Assembly (NCBI GenBank): GCA_037379345.1 | Contig: CM074524.1 | Location: 33,551,644-33,615,643, forward strand | From: Perna viridis | Lineage: Eukaryota | DNA length: 64,000 nucleotides | Reading direction: 5' to 3' | Shown here: piece after piece, positions 39,638-54,200 of the stretch | Numbering within the stretch: position 1 is the first letter of the stretch | How the letters are laid out: each line of letters begins with the position of its first letter | Notes under the pieces: generated by a model | Told to the model about the DNA's origin: nothing | The model's input: the letters and a program-made list of their open reading frames with translations, nothing else | The model's database searches: none | Made by a program: the position numbers and the translations under genes

Positions 39638-40991
39638 TTAACTATTTTTAATTTTACAATGAAGTTAAGATTACCCTTCTAAATTTTGAACATACTCTTC
39701 ACTGGAAAAAATATTCATCTCGTTTACTTTCACGTGTACTTATACTATATTGTACAACGTTTCGCTGTCGATTTATTTTATGACGTATGACATCCGGTTT
39801 CATGTGAGCTGTTCGGGGACGTCAAAGATGTATACACAGAGACAAAATGTTAGATTATTTTAAATCGGTGAGTGTATGCGGGTATTCATCTACTTTTAAT
39901 TTGCAAGTGACTTTGATTTAAACTTTTAGTCATGTTGTCAACACAATCAGTTTCGAAAATTCAACAATTATCGATCATTTAATTGTTCAAATGGTTTCAT
40001 GCCCTATCGTCGGCCATATTTACCACGCTTTTTGGGGCAGCTAATTACTTCATATAAACAATTTTTAAAACTGCACAGTTAAGGCTTCTGTCGTAAATAT
40101 GAAAATAATTTTACAATTAAACGATTAAAAAGTATTTTTTTTATGATTTTCGCTATTTGTTGTATGGGCACATAATGTATGGAGAGCATTTTCTTACATG
40201 TTGTCATGTCCTTAGTACAAAACACCACAAATTAGGCTAAAACTCCTGTTTAGGGGATCCCTTGGTGTTTTTTACCCATTATAGAATAATATGGGGTAGG
40301 CATTTCCTAAATCAGCGAGCACCACGAGCTTTACCATACATGTACTGTCTGTGCGAGAATCGTAAAAATAATAAGGACATTTAAAAATTGTTGCTTCGCA
40401 AGTGCAATATCTTTATTTATAGTTAAGCAGCAGGCAAAATCAATATTTCTATTTGAAAATCTGTCTTGTTCATTAATGGGGAGTTTTTTTAATAAATGAA
40501 TAACTTGAACAATTTTTTTTCCACAATTCCAACCCCATGAGCATACCCCCTTTCCCCTCGCTCTCAAAATGGTTAATAACCTTGAAATTGTAGCACAAGG
40601 TGCTATTTTTCCACAGGAATTTGGGATTTATTTTTACAGGTTTTTACTGGAACCATTTTGGAATAATGACAAAAAAGTGACCAAATTGGTTCTGGTCAAA
40701 CTTTTACAATATTTTACAATATTAACCTAAAATCCCAATTCCTTATTTACCTTGAAAAAGTCTTTGGTCTGCTAATCAAATCAACAAGATTGTCCTTATT
40801 TTAAGGCTTGCAAAAAGAAATTTAGGTAATGTGTTTGTTTTTCACATATATACACATGTACATGTACATTATCATTTCAGCAAACTTTTTTTAACTTGAA
40901 AAAAATCTATCATGTTTTTTGAAACATTGTAGTAGTTGATTTAATTGGTTAATTTAATTTTTATTATATAATCCTAACACATTGAATTATA

Positions 40992-41484
40992 CTCCAAGTC
41001 ACCTCAGATTGTTTGCGGTTTTTTGCGTTTATTTTTGTAATTACTCGACGGTTCCTTTCAAAAACTTGCCATTTCATTCATGTCGTTCTGTACTACAATC
41101 CCCTTACAATTATTTTTCGGTCTTACCTCCGAGATTGAAAAAATTCAAAATTTATTTTTCCTACGAGAATTTTGCATTGAATGTATTGTTTATCCGCCAT
41201 CTTGTTTCTATGGATATTTTGAAATGTTCCCTACTATCTCACAATTGAAGAGCTGAAATACCATGATTTCCCGCCATATTTCTGCTCTTTACCTTCAATG
41301 CAAAATTCTCGTAGGAAAAATAAATTTTGAATTTTTTCAACCTCGGAGGTAAGAACGAAAAATAATTGTAAGAGAATCGTAGTACAGAACGACATGAATG
41401 AAATGGCAAGTTTTTTGAAAGGAACCGTCGAGTAATTACAAAAATAAACGCAAAAAACCGCAAACAATCTGAGGTGACTTGGAG
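40992..41484. mobile_element. Tc1/mariner-type MITE with ~190-bp TIRs
   Basis: Near-perfect inverted repeats, CTCC...GGAG ends, TA on both sides. Confidence 0.85.
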
Positions 41485-41887
41485 TATAGATCCAAATCGC
41501 CTTCCATATTTTTCTCACTAAAGAGAAAGTGAAAGTAGCTATAAACAGAATTGAAAGTAGTCCCAATATAAATGGCTTCCATTTTAATTCATTTTGAGTA
41601 ATTTACTTGCTACAATTAAGTATAGTTGTAAGATTTAGAAAAAGGGTAACTTGCACTATACTCGGCGTCACATAAATAACAATAATGTTGTTTACATTTT
41701 AATTGTTAATGTTATATAGACGTTATAAAACATGTGCTGCTAAGTTGATTTGTGCTTGTGTGTCATTATACATATAAAAAAGCATTAAGCAATGTTTCAT
41801 TGCTATATTTTAATGTATTACTTAAACCGTGAATGAAAACATTTCATTAAGGAATGTCCTAGATATTGACAAGCTGAACCTTAAAAA

Positions 41888-44140
41888 AGAGTAATCAAGG
41901 GAACCAAGGTTATAGCGGTAATGAAAATAATGTAATCCAGGGACAAAGACCAGACATGGAAAACAGATATACACAACAAAGAACATAAAGTAACTAATTT
42001 CATACATACAAAGTAGCAAAAGCAAATGAGCAACTCGGACTCCACTAAAAACTGGAAGCATGGACCAGGTGCACCGGTAAGGTAGGTGTCCTCTGCTTTT
42101 CTAGAAACATGGCCCGTTGAATAAATCAGTTTTCATGGTGCAGATGGATACACCATAACGATCCACGAGTACATGATAACGACCATAAAACTTCTGTAGT
42201 GATGACTTCAATCTTGTAGAAATATAACCCTGTTCCAGAAGCCTATTTGTTAGAGTTTTAGCGGATACAAAAAGTCTGCGTAGTTTCGGTAAGCTCTGGC
42301 ATAACGTATGAGTTGTGATATGGACATTCCATACGCAGGTGCTGAAAGGATGTTGCCACACATGAAAGGAAAGTTGACAATTCTGAATGAAAAGTTATCA
42401 CGTTTGTCGTAAAGTTTGGTCAATAGTTTTCCTTTACCATCAATTTCTAAGCGTAGGTGAAGACACGAGACTGACAAGTGTCTGTAGTATCCTTTATCTC
42501 AAGTTCTTTCGGGTAGATGCGATGCATCAAATCCCCGAAATTAGAATTGTTTAAAGATAATACGTCATCTATATAGCGGAAACAGAACTTAAAGGATCTA
42601 GCTAAACGATATTCTTTCTTTCGGATCAGATCAGCTATAACGTCAGCTTCATAAGACTGAAGGAATAGGTCAGCAAGTAAAGGAGCACAATTTGTTCTCA
42701 TTGGAATGCCGACCGTTTGTTGAAAAACACGTCCACCACACTGGACAAATATGTTGTCGATTAAAAATTCCAGCATTTTGTAAACATCTTCCTCTGTATA
42801 TTTGGAAGATTATTTGGAATTATTTCTTACAAAGTATGAGGAATCTCCACGAAGAAATATATATTTGTATCTAGGTGTACCTTCTTTTTTTGGAAAAACA
42901 ACGATGTATAATGTTTTTAAGTCGGGATTTTAACTGAGTATGGGGAAAAGAAATATACAGTGTTGAAAAATCATAGGTTTTAATGCTATTTTATTCAGAT
43001 AATAGTCTTGAACTGATTGTCTCCAAAAGATCTTTCGAATTTTTCAGGATGCTCATTGAATTAATACCACTACGGGAGTAACAATTGTGGTATGACTGCA
43101 GATCCTCTTTGACAGGTGTGAGTATAGAAGTTAAAAGTTTTGAAAGAGATTTGGTGATACAATTTGCAGATCCAGCTATGAAATGTTGTTTGTATGGATT
43201 CTTGTGGAGTTTAGGAATCCAGTACATAGACGGTAAATCACAATTATCGTCCTTGGTAGAGAGACCAAACGAGTATAGCACAGATTTATGGTTTTCCACA
43301 ATCTCTTCTTTAGAGAGTGTGGTAGCAGTATCAGTAGGTCTTTTCACTGCTATTATGTTCTACGTCTACCTCTGGTAATAAACATTGGATGTAAAACGTT
43401 TTGCAGACAAAACAATGTTGTTTTGGGCTTTGTCTGCTGGTACGACAACACATTTGTCATGTATAGTAGACACTTTTTTTGCTACATCGGGGTCTTTGGA
43501 AATTGATGTAGCCTTGGCACTCATTGACCTACTTAAAACTTTTATTCGTTTCAAAATGTAAGACCTCATGGCCTTTAACCACTCGGAGAGCGAATCAATG
43601 TCTTCTTGTTCTCGTTTTATCCATTTTCTTGCATAGTCCTCCACGGCAATCCATAAGAATTTTAAAGTTATAATTCCAATTTATGGAGCGTTGTTCACTG
43701 TACTTGGGACCTTAAGAAAGGATATTACGCAGAGATTCGTTTTCGATGATGGGTAAATCTCCCGTAACGACGTGACCAGAAGGACCATATTTGAATGGGG
43801 AGTTTTTGCAAGAACAGTCAGGTGGTTCAGTCTTGAAGTCCTCAATCTCGAGGTTCTGCAATAGCCTTTTATAACTGAAATTTTGGATGCAATGGGTGAA
43901 GCATAGGAATATGAAATAATTGGTATGGATTTGTCCTTGAAGCATGGGGGAATCTTGTTGGGAACGTCTTTGTGATGGACCTTTGTAGACAAACGGTAGT
44001 GGAACAAATGATCGTTTTTCTTAATCTTGACTTTTCACACAAACTGGTTTAAAGAGTCTGTGGAAACCAATATCCAAAATGATGGCAACAAGTCTGTATA
44101 ATGATGAGGTGGGTCTGAAAAACGTTCTTTTAACAATATT
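41888..44140 (-). mobile_element. Longer decayed Naiad-type Penelope-like element, copy 2
   Basis: PPDCSCKNSPF..GHVVTGDL..GPKY linker, VVPADKA, YWIPKLHKNPYK, TYDFSTLY, FRYIDD; many frameshifts; no C-terminal endonuclease. Confidence 0.9.
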
Positions 44141-45296
44141 ATTTAGGTATTATCGGCATTTATTGCTTCAATTGCATCACTCCAGACTTATTTCATTGAA
44201 TCAGCAAAATTCAGTAAAATCAGAACTGAACAAATTTTGCAGCTAATACAGCTTTACATGAAATGTCATCAGTAATTTCAACAAATCCACACATAATTTC
44301 TTTGGCACTATAAATCGCACTTACTGTTACTCTATTCATATTTAGTGTCACGTGTCTAGAACTTAACATTAAGTTATATAAATAGATATTCCTGCATGTA
44401 TTGAAAAGGGAGAGGAAAAAGCTGAAATAAATTTAATTAACTGTATTCAAATTTTCGGATTTTTTTAGGTGGAGGTTTCAGGGGCCCCTTATTCGTAGAT
44501 AAACACGGGAAGTGTTAACATATTAATGTGTTCCATTCCGATGTGGACAGTTTCTACAGGTGTTTATAGTTTATTTATTTTCTTTTTTATTGTTTCTCTA
44601 TTCGTGTGTTTTTATATGTTTGTATCACTTCTTTTTTCAGTGTAAACCCTTTAGGCTAGTTTTCACATTATTACAAATAATGCGGATAGCACATAGATAT
44701 CTTGTTAGTGGGTTTATAAATTATCATATCATGAGGATCAAAACATTTGTCATTCATCGGCGGATCACTGTTGTTCCAGAAATTAATAGGGAGAATTGCT
44801 CAGGCTTAAAAAAACTCTGCAATATATAAGTTAAAGTATAATTATGTTTAAAACTAAAAAAATGTCTGCAAAATTTGTCAATATGCACAGTCTTAATAAA
44901 AATATGTGCACTGTATTAGCATCCGTTCTAGAAAGTCTGCTTCATTTAAAGTACTGCCCAGCAAGCTTAAAATGCAACTCTTAATTTATTCGCATTAAGT
45001 TCACATTTTAAACGACCACAGATAATTAAAACATTACATGGACAGAAAGGAAACTCACATTAAACAAATCCAAAAAGCAATGCATATCCTAACACAAAAA
45101 CAAACTCAAACTTGTCCACATATAGCAAAGCACATATAAAAAATGAAAAGAAAGTCAAGGCGGCATATTAACGCTATGCTACATGACATAGTTTAGAAAA
45201 CATGTTATAGCTACTAAAAGGGGGATAATTCAATTTTATTGTGTGGAATTTATTATCCATAAATAATTTTAAAAATCGATAAAACAGTGGTCCACT

Positions 45297-48200
45297 ATGG
45301 CTACAAGAGGTGACAAGGAAGTAGTAAGTTGAGTACTGTGTTTTGATTTGAAAAAATCTTTAAAATAACATTTTCTCCGTTCAGTACCGACATTTACATG
45401 TATTTATACCTGTAGCATAACTTGGATCGAAATCGAACTTGTGTCAAAATGACTAACAGTTTCACACGAATAAATGTGAATGCTTTGATTTTTGAATGAC
45501 TCTACAATGTGTACACCAAAACCACAAGAAGGGTATTGTCTCACTAGAGGCAAGAAAATTCCTGTTTTCAGCTGAATGAGATATTATTAAGTTAATATAG
45601 CACCTACATTGTAGAAGTACGAGTACAAGAGAGAGATATCTTAGACATCTTGGGTTTCTGATATTTCCCAATCTTGCATGACAAAAGCGCATGTTTGATT
45701 CTTTTTCTCAATTCGAGTTAGTTATCTGATAAAAATGACCTGCATTTAACAGCTGATACGTCACGTCCAAGTGTAAAAGGTCACTTAGGTTTAATTAATC
45801 AGTCAATGTATGTATTCAAAATGTATTTATATTTCGATGTTTTTGACAGCCTTCGATTTCTCAGCATATAGTAACAATATGCCTTAAACTTGGAACGAAA
45901 TCCTGCAGTATAGCGTATCTTTTTCGTAGTCAGTTCCATACTGATCCAACCAGAGTTCTACTATTTACGTTCTGGGGTAAAAATTTGGCCGCGGAGTTTC
46001 CACCTTCTTTGTTGATTGATGATTATGAAGAAGTTTTCTTTGGACATCAAGCTACAGAAAAATGCCTTGAAAATGGTGGTAGCGGGATTTACATAGAGAA
46101 TGTGTTCAAAGATATTTTAACTGTAGAGGCAAGTATATAAATGCATTTGTTTGTAATTCGTTTGGAATTCGGATTGTGAGAATATATACAGGTATAGAAA
46201 TACAAAACACAATACCTTTATGACATGTAGTTTACAAGCGATATCGTTAATATATAAATCATAAGTAATACAGATCACCGAGGTACAATGTACACAAGCT
46301 GATGTACCGCATAAATCTGATTAAGTTGAATGGAACACCATATCTGATTTCTGATGTTAAATATGTTCGGTGCTTTCTGTATTATGTTCATTAGTACATT
46401 TGTTAAAATGCAGATCGGTAGTTTTAATATTATGATCAGTAGTTCTGACATTATAATTGGTACCTTTGTCTTTATGTTCAGTAGTTTCATAATCATATGT
46501 AGTGCTGTTTGAATTATGTTCGGTACTTTCGACATTAAGTTCATAAGATGAGGATCGTGAAGCACCGTCATGTTGGCGGAAATTTTGACAAATCCATCAA
46601 ATTATTATAAATATGTGCTGTGTACAAGTAATTTCGTTAAAACTGTAACTTTTATTACCATCCATAACGTGTACAAGTCAGAAAAAAAATGTACAGGTTT
46701 TCTATATGATCCATCAGAAAACAGAACTCCGTTTGGGTACTAACAAGACTGATAATCTTTTCCTGATTATTCTAAGAATTTTTACCTATGTTCATGAAAA
46801 AGTCAAGGGCAAAGAATTGCATAATTTGTGTATAACTAGTAAACAAAGAATCTTCAACGGTAGCGGTACCTTTGGAAGCTTCACTATCCATACGCCCAAC
46901 GGGTGCAGTGTAGTAGTTTTTTACCATTGCTCACTGTTTCCCCTTTTTTTAACCAGAATTATCAGAAACTCACTGCAAGTTTGCATGGTCTATATATACC
47001 AGGTTTATAAAACCCGCAAAACATCAGAAGTTCAATTCTGCCCCATTTAAATATATATGGTCTAACAATTCTCAAAGTTGTATCTAAATTGCAAGATCCA
47101 TTTTTTTTCTTTTTTGGAAAATGTTCTTTGTGCTGATGTGACCGCTGATTTACCAATTATGACAATATTATGCATATGCCTTTTAATCACCACTGGTATA
47201 GTCATGCTGTCGTGGAAGAGGGGGTTTAGCGCGTTGTAAAACCTAGATCTAACCCACCATTTAGTCTAAGGTATCTGTACCAAGTCAGGATCATTGCGGT
47301 ACCAGCTTCTTAGGTGGTGTAATATCTATTTTGCCAGATTTATTTTGGACTTGATTATGAATCGGATTAGTGTTTGGTAATTTGTTATTTCCCTTTGTTA
47401 TCTGAAGAAACAAATGAATAAAACAATAAATATGAAGCAAGAGCACTGACGCTGGAAAAATTATACTTGATGTTGGTGACAAATGTTTAAAGGGAACAAC
47501 AAATATGAAAAAGAGACCACTAGATATAGATTGGTATGATTCAGATGTAAAAGATCTCAGATAGTGCATTAGACAAAATTGGTGTCTCAATACCCATTCA
47601 GCAAGGATCTGAAAGACGGTTTCATTGTGATTTACAATATATATACATGTAAGTGGGTGTTTAGGAAACTTTCAACTTCTGTTTAATAGACTAGAGCATT
47701 TAGAACATCAGATCACTTGTTTGTTTTGAAAAGTGCAATTTACAAATATAATGGAAAGAAACAAAAACTCTACACACGTTTTGTAGACATGACTTTAAGA
47801 AAGCCTTCAACTCATTCTTACATGAAGTGACTTATACTTATGATCACTTCACCCTGGACTGTTCGTAAGCATAAAACTATTCATACGGGAATAAAGGGAA
47901 CCTCTTAAATCAAAGTTCAAACTTAAAGCTGATTTTCTCTCTTTCGACCCTGGGCCGAAATTTTCAATCCATTTGTTTAGTCATATAGTTAAATCAATTT
48001 ACTACTACATTGCTGATAGACTTTTTATCTTGATGTAAATGCGTTTAATTAAACAATATTCTGCAAATTCATTGAAAAAGCTTAAATTTTGCTTCAATGT
48101 CAGGTATGAGATTTCATATGATATTAGATATAATTGAAACTTCGATATCATATTTCTGTAGGTTTGAGAATTTACCTTGTGTCATCTTCATTAGTTAATT

Positions 48201-51200
48201 CTAATGAATTGTATAATGCTGACACAGTTTCCTGCAAATCAGTTATGATGAAAGTATTTAAACGTGTATATGCTCCAGAATATCTCAAATATAAATCATG
48301 TATAAATACTTTAAAGAGATTCTTTAATTTCCTCTCCGAAATCTTTATCTTGACTAAAACCATTTGAAAAGGTAGAAAGCTGAGAAAATACTTTCTCTGC
48401 TTCAAATCCATTTCCACCCACCTGCTTCTGTATTCACTTTGGATAAACCCTGCTTGTTCCTGAAGTCAGAATATAAGTTCTTATTTCCTGAGCATTGAGA
48501 TTTTTATAATCGGGAGCAGTAATTCTAAATCAGCTATTTGTTAGCTTACAATCATGCCTCTCAATGACTATTGGAACAACAATTTTTGATTTAATCAATG
48601 ACTCCTAAACTAGAGAAAGTTTCTTTCATCTTGAGGTCAGTTAAGGTTAAATATTAGTTAATAACAGGTACAAACGTAGCCGTTCTTCCTTTCCAAATTT
48701 CGTCTTATTTATGTATGCCTCCTAGAGAGGCCGTATTTATATCAATATCAGCCGACATTTTATAATTTTCACGATCTTCTTGTATAATTCGGTAATACGT
48801 TAATGCAATATAAACACATTTTTAAACATGCTGAATCTGACAAATCATTTATCAACTTAAATAAGGCACAAATTGATATTGTATTCATTGCTTCGATCTC
48901 CATTCGGAACGCCAAATTACATACACATGCAAATCATAGCCCTGAAAATACAAACACAAAAATATCTTATAGTTGAAAACGACGGGTGTTTTATTGTCCA
49001 TAGACCGGAAAGGTCATCGCTTCCTCCCGAATCATTTACTTTATGATGATTGTCATTTGTACCTCCCATTTACGGGTTCTTTGTCAATACAATATAAGAA
49101 TAAGAGATGCAGTATGATTGTCAATGAAATAGTCAAAGCTAACCAACGAACAATTATTCTACAGGTCACCATACGGTCTAAGTCTATTTTCGTTAGGACC
49201 AAAAAGCCAAAAGTTTTGTGATCACTAATTAAAAACTAAGTATACATGAATATAGATATCAGCATGTTGACCAATGTCTATGATTTTCAATGGTATCAAG
49301 AAATTTGTATTCACTCTAAGATTTTTCTACTTAAATACAAATGTGTACTACCAAAATCGCTTGAATTGACATATTGTTTGAAGTGATAACCGCTGGAGTA
49401 TTTTTGCTTCACCTTAATAGATTAATTAGTACTTGTATGGTCTGTTACGTTTTTATAAGTGCTATTTTTGGTGTTCTGTTAACGACTTGCGGCGATTTTC
49501 GTAGTCAGAATCAACAACAAAAAATAGATAACCTATAGAGTTTATTATTTCGGTCATTGTCGGAACTGGTAGCTACGTTTACGTTTACATATTGTTAGTT
49601 ACCATTGTTAACTAAGAAAATATGTTTTTTTTTGTTTCTGTCAGGATCTTCAAATAGATTCTTTGATCATCGACTCAAAAGGAAATGATCAAAATGCTTC
49701 CAAGATCATCAACGCATTTCTACTCGAAATTCGAAGGTTTATTATGAACCATTTCAATAAACAGCATGCCCTAATTAGGCAGGACGAAATGCTGTTTGTC
49801 ATAAGTATTCCATCGGTGAGGGCAGAAACGGTTAGGACATTTTTAAATGAAGCCTGGCGAATGGTATGTCTACACAAAATATTGTCATCATTAAGATCAT
49901 AATAAATTAGTTTACTATCGCACATCGTTACATCATATTGCACAGTCTTTGAGATCGCAAACAAAAATACAACGATGTACCAGAGTTAAAGATCGGATTT
50001 TGATATATTTGCATGCAGACAAAGTAGGAAGAAAATGGCAAAGCCTCTTCGATTTTGAGTTAATTTTTTCACACAATGAACACACTTTTTTATACGCTCT
50101 ATCTTGAATCAAAATTATTTGTAAAACATAATGGCCGTTGCCGGTAAGAACTTGTAGTTAGTTTTTATCATTTATCTACTCACTCACTCTATTTTATTGT
50201 CTTATTTTATTATTGGAATAGTCTTATTTATTAAGAAACAATCTTCTTGCTATCTATTAAAGTTTTGATTTAGTTAAGATTTAGTTTGATTTCACATTAA
50301 CTGCATGTAGACATGTAGATTGTTTGTTTGTTTGTTTGTTGGGGTTTAACGTCCGAGCAGCAATATTTCAGCTATATTCAGACAATGAACATGAAATGGA
50401 TGATATAATGAACATGAAATGAAAAAAAAGGATGGGTCACAAGGATAATAGGGTCGACAAGTTTTGATTGCCACTGGAAAAAGGGGGGATGGGTAAAATC
50501 GGGCAATCTAGCCTCCTGTGGCGGAGCGCAAAGGTTCCTACTCCTATCGAATACCACAGCAGGGTTCTTTAATGTGCGAGGAACGTGGCATCTTTCCCAA
50601 CACGGTGCACCACTATGGTTTCGGTCAGGTTTTCCGTATTATAGCCTGACAACCCCAAGCATGTAACACGCCAGGGGTTCCCCATTCCACTGCCTGGGAC
50701 AACCATCCCAGTTGCTCTGTGGGCAGAGCGCCTAGCCCCCGGCTAGGTTTCTGAGCACTATATAGTCGCCTTATACGACAAGCTTAGCGCTGCTGCAGGC
50801 CTATTCTTTTATCACCCGGACCTGCACGGGGGACAATACCTGAACCGTGCAACCATTATTTCAATCAGTCATCAATTAATAATCAGTGATTAATCTGTCA
50901 AACTTGTGATTGACTGCTTAAATACCTGAACCGTGCAACCATTATTTCAATCAGTCATCAATTAATAATCAGTGATCAATCTGTTAAACTTGTGATTGAC
51001 TGCTTATCATTTCATTAAGATATTGATTATTTCATTTGTACCAGCATCACCAATGATGACAAAAGGTCTAGTAGCTGTTCTACTCCGTCCTTACATCAGT
51101 CACATTAAATCTGTGTAATCTCTACCTCAAACTATATTTAAGCAATATTATTTAAGCTTTTCCCATTGATTATATTCATATTGAAGATATACAACTCTTA

Positions 51201-54200
51201 CTATGGACATATTTTATGAATTTTTCCTACAATTTGAGCATGTCAAACTTTGCCATTTTTGTCACTCGATGTTGTGAATGGTGCCTACTTTTTTTAATCT
51301 GTAACTTAAAAGCGTTTAAGGAATATTATTCAACATATGCACATTGATTGTATACATATTGAAAATATGCACATCTTATTGTGGAGAAATTTAATATTTT
51401 GTTCTATTCATTGTTGTTTAATACATTGGCCATGGGTAAACGGCTATTTTACCACAGTTCTTTTTGTCAAAGTTAATGTAGCAAGTAATGTCAAAATAAA
51501 AGAACAGCGTTCGAATGTGCCCCGCGAAAAAAAAGTGCGGAAAACTTCAAATTCACTGAAATTCTCCATTGCCATAACTTCCATAAAAATCAATCAATGT
51601 TAAGACTTAATCTGTAACTTCTCATAGTAAGACTACATACAAAATATAAAATCAATTGATAAAAGCATTACAAAAAAAACGGAAAACTGTAAAAAAAAGT
51701 TTTTGTGATAAAGATAACTAATTGCAACACACAACAGTGATTTAACTGATTATTCAATCGACATTTGAGATCTTTAACATCACGAAATGCTTTACGCACG
51801 CAATATATATATAATTTTTGTTATCCACCTTAACTTACTTTTGATGACATTTCGTTAAGAATGGGAGATTAATACTTATCTACTCCCCTGTTCAGCATTC
51901 CATCTTTCCATCATTTCACAATTTTGTATCACTATACGTATACACAAAAATGCATCAAGTCTGATCCAAACGAATTTGTGCTTTCCATTAGCAATACACT
52001 GCCTTTGCTGTGAATTTGGGTGGACGATATGTGCGTCCATATTGTATCTGCAATTCCCTGCCACCGCTTTATTAAATATATATAATCGTACTTGCTAATG
52101 ACTGATTATTCGGTCATGTCATTGTTATTAAATATTTTATGTAAATGGGTTTTGAGTGGCCTTGCGTTTTACAAAGACTATTTATTATTTACTCCGATGA
52201 GCTGCATGCTTATATTCTATATTATTAGTATGCCTTATGGTAAGATTTGGTTAAAAATGAATTAATCGAATTTCACCAAGGAAGGCCAATAGAGTATAGA
52301 GTTAGAGGGACACCATTATTTATTATGCAAGACAAAACTAACAAAAACAGGAAATAATGATGTAGCAAATGAAACATACGATGGTCGTATAATAAAAACG
52401 CGAACAAATGCTATGAAAAATATATACAAACAAATAGGATTATTAATATGAACAAAAATCTGCAGTCAACGATCCCATCGGACAAGAATAACAGAAATTA
52501 GTCCGGGAAGGATCGGATCAAGATATAACAAAGTGCAGATCGAAAACTTCATTAATCAAAGAAATGAATCAGACCGTATCTTCCTCCTCGCTCAATATGC
52601 TACTGTTACGTTCTACATTTGTAAACTTATATTTTAGGATTATCCAGGGCAAGATGTCATGATTGTCACATACCCAGAAGCAACATTAACGTCATATATA
52701 CACGAACTCATAGAAAATCCCTCTGAATCCAGGCTATACGACCTCGAAGTTGGAGAAAGGGTGATGGTCATTGGGTTTGAAGGTACATACTATAAATTCA
52801 TTTACGTTTCTGAATAAGAAGATACTTCACCTTAACTCGTATGGTACTGAAACAGAATATATTACAGATTGTATGCAATCTATTTTTCAAAACCATAAAA
52901 CATATCATATTTTTAGAAGTAGATCGAAGATTTATTGAAATGAACGATAATTCTATAAATATAGTTGATAGTTACTATTGACGATTATTCGAATGATAAT
53001 TTATTCTTGATATTGTTAAAGCTTATATGCAATGCAGATCTTATTTGAATCAATCTAATGAAAATCAACTTTCATAAGGATAAAATTTTCATTAGAGTAC
53101 ATTTGAAGTGACACAATGCAAACGAAAAAAAACCTGTGAGCAGTGTTTTCTAAATTGATACCCCTTATTCCTCATTTTAAAAGCCTGACATTTGTACACA
53201 CAAAATGATTTAAATCAAAGTTAAAAACAGGTAATAGGTACCATTTTGTTTAAGTTACATTAAATTCTACTCAGTTGTGTGACAAGTGTCGATGTAAGAA
53301 ATCAATGATGTCCAAGTTTGCTTAAGTGAGACCTCAATTAAAAAGATCAAAATTTAAAATCAAAAGTGCACTTATTTAATACTAAATACAGACTGTGATA
53401 ATTTCATTAAATTCCATGTTTAGATGTAGGAGAAGAAACGGATATGAGATAGGGGCCCATTCTTCATATACAATAAATTACATTGTGTTGTTTTGCTTTG
53501 AGAAATCCATGAATTGGTTTGGATCAAGATCTTAAATAAAAGGTACACAATGGACATACGTACGTAATAAAAATTCAGTGAAAGTTCATATACAGTACCT
53601 GAACCGATCCGTGCAACAAAAATTGCGATTGATCATCGATCACCGATCAGATTCCGGTCAGTAATACCGTTCCATTTAACTGGTGATCGCATCACGTGAC
53701 CACAGAACTGTCAATGTATTTTATGGTTTTTGGTTTTTTTTTTTTTTTGTCAATTGTACACATATTTACATAATATAATATATAATATATTTAAACATCA
53801 ATTTATACTTTTATTTTACATTTCTTTTATTCAAAACAGATCGTACGTCATTTTACATAACAAAACTGCGATCATATAGGTCACCGGTCATCGGTCATCG
53901 ATCCGTCAGCGATCAATCAGTCAACGGTCATCGATCCGTCAAATCGTTCAATTCAGTGGTGTAGGAGGAGAAACAAATAAGAGATAGGTACCTGCACGCC
54001 GCCTCTATTAAAAATGACCATGTTTTGTTATATGAAACCGTCAAATGAAATTTTGTCTAATCTTAAATAGTAGGTCCACAATGGAAATATTTTATAAATA
54101 TTGTGTGCACGTTTCATAAAACATGTAAGAGGTTGATACCAAAATGTCATTAGTCCCTACGCTTGGATGGTTCACCATGCAGACGAAACCAAACGCATCA

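Noticed and set aside
41888-44140. Selenocysteine recoding in the Naiad-type ORF
   Set aside because: The in-frame stops I checked are TAA and the rest are frameshifts; no convincing SECIS
48973-49221. KTTGVLLSIDRKGHRF as an extra HSPA12 exon
   Set aside because: Resemblance too short and that region is already encoded by exon 2
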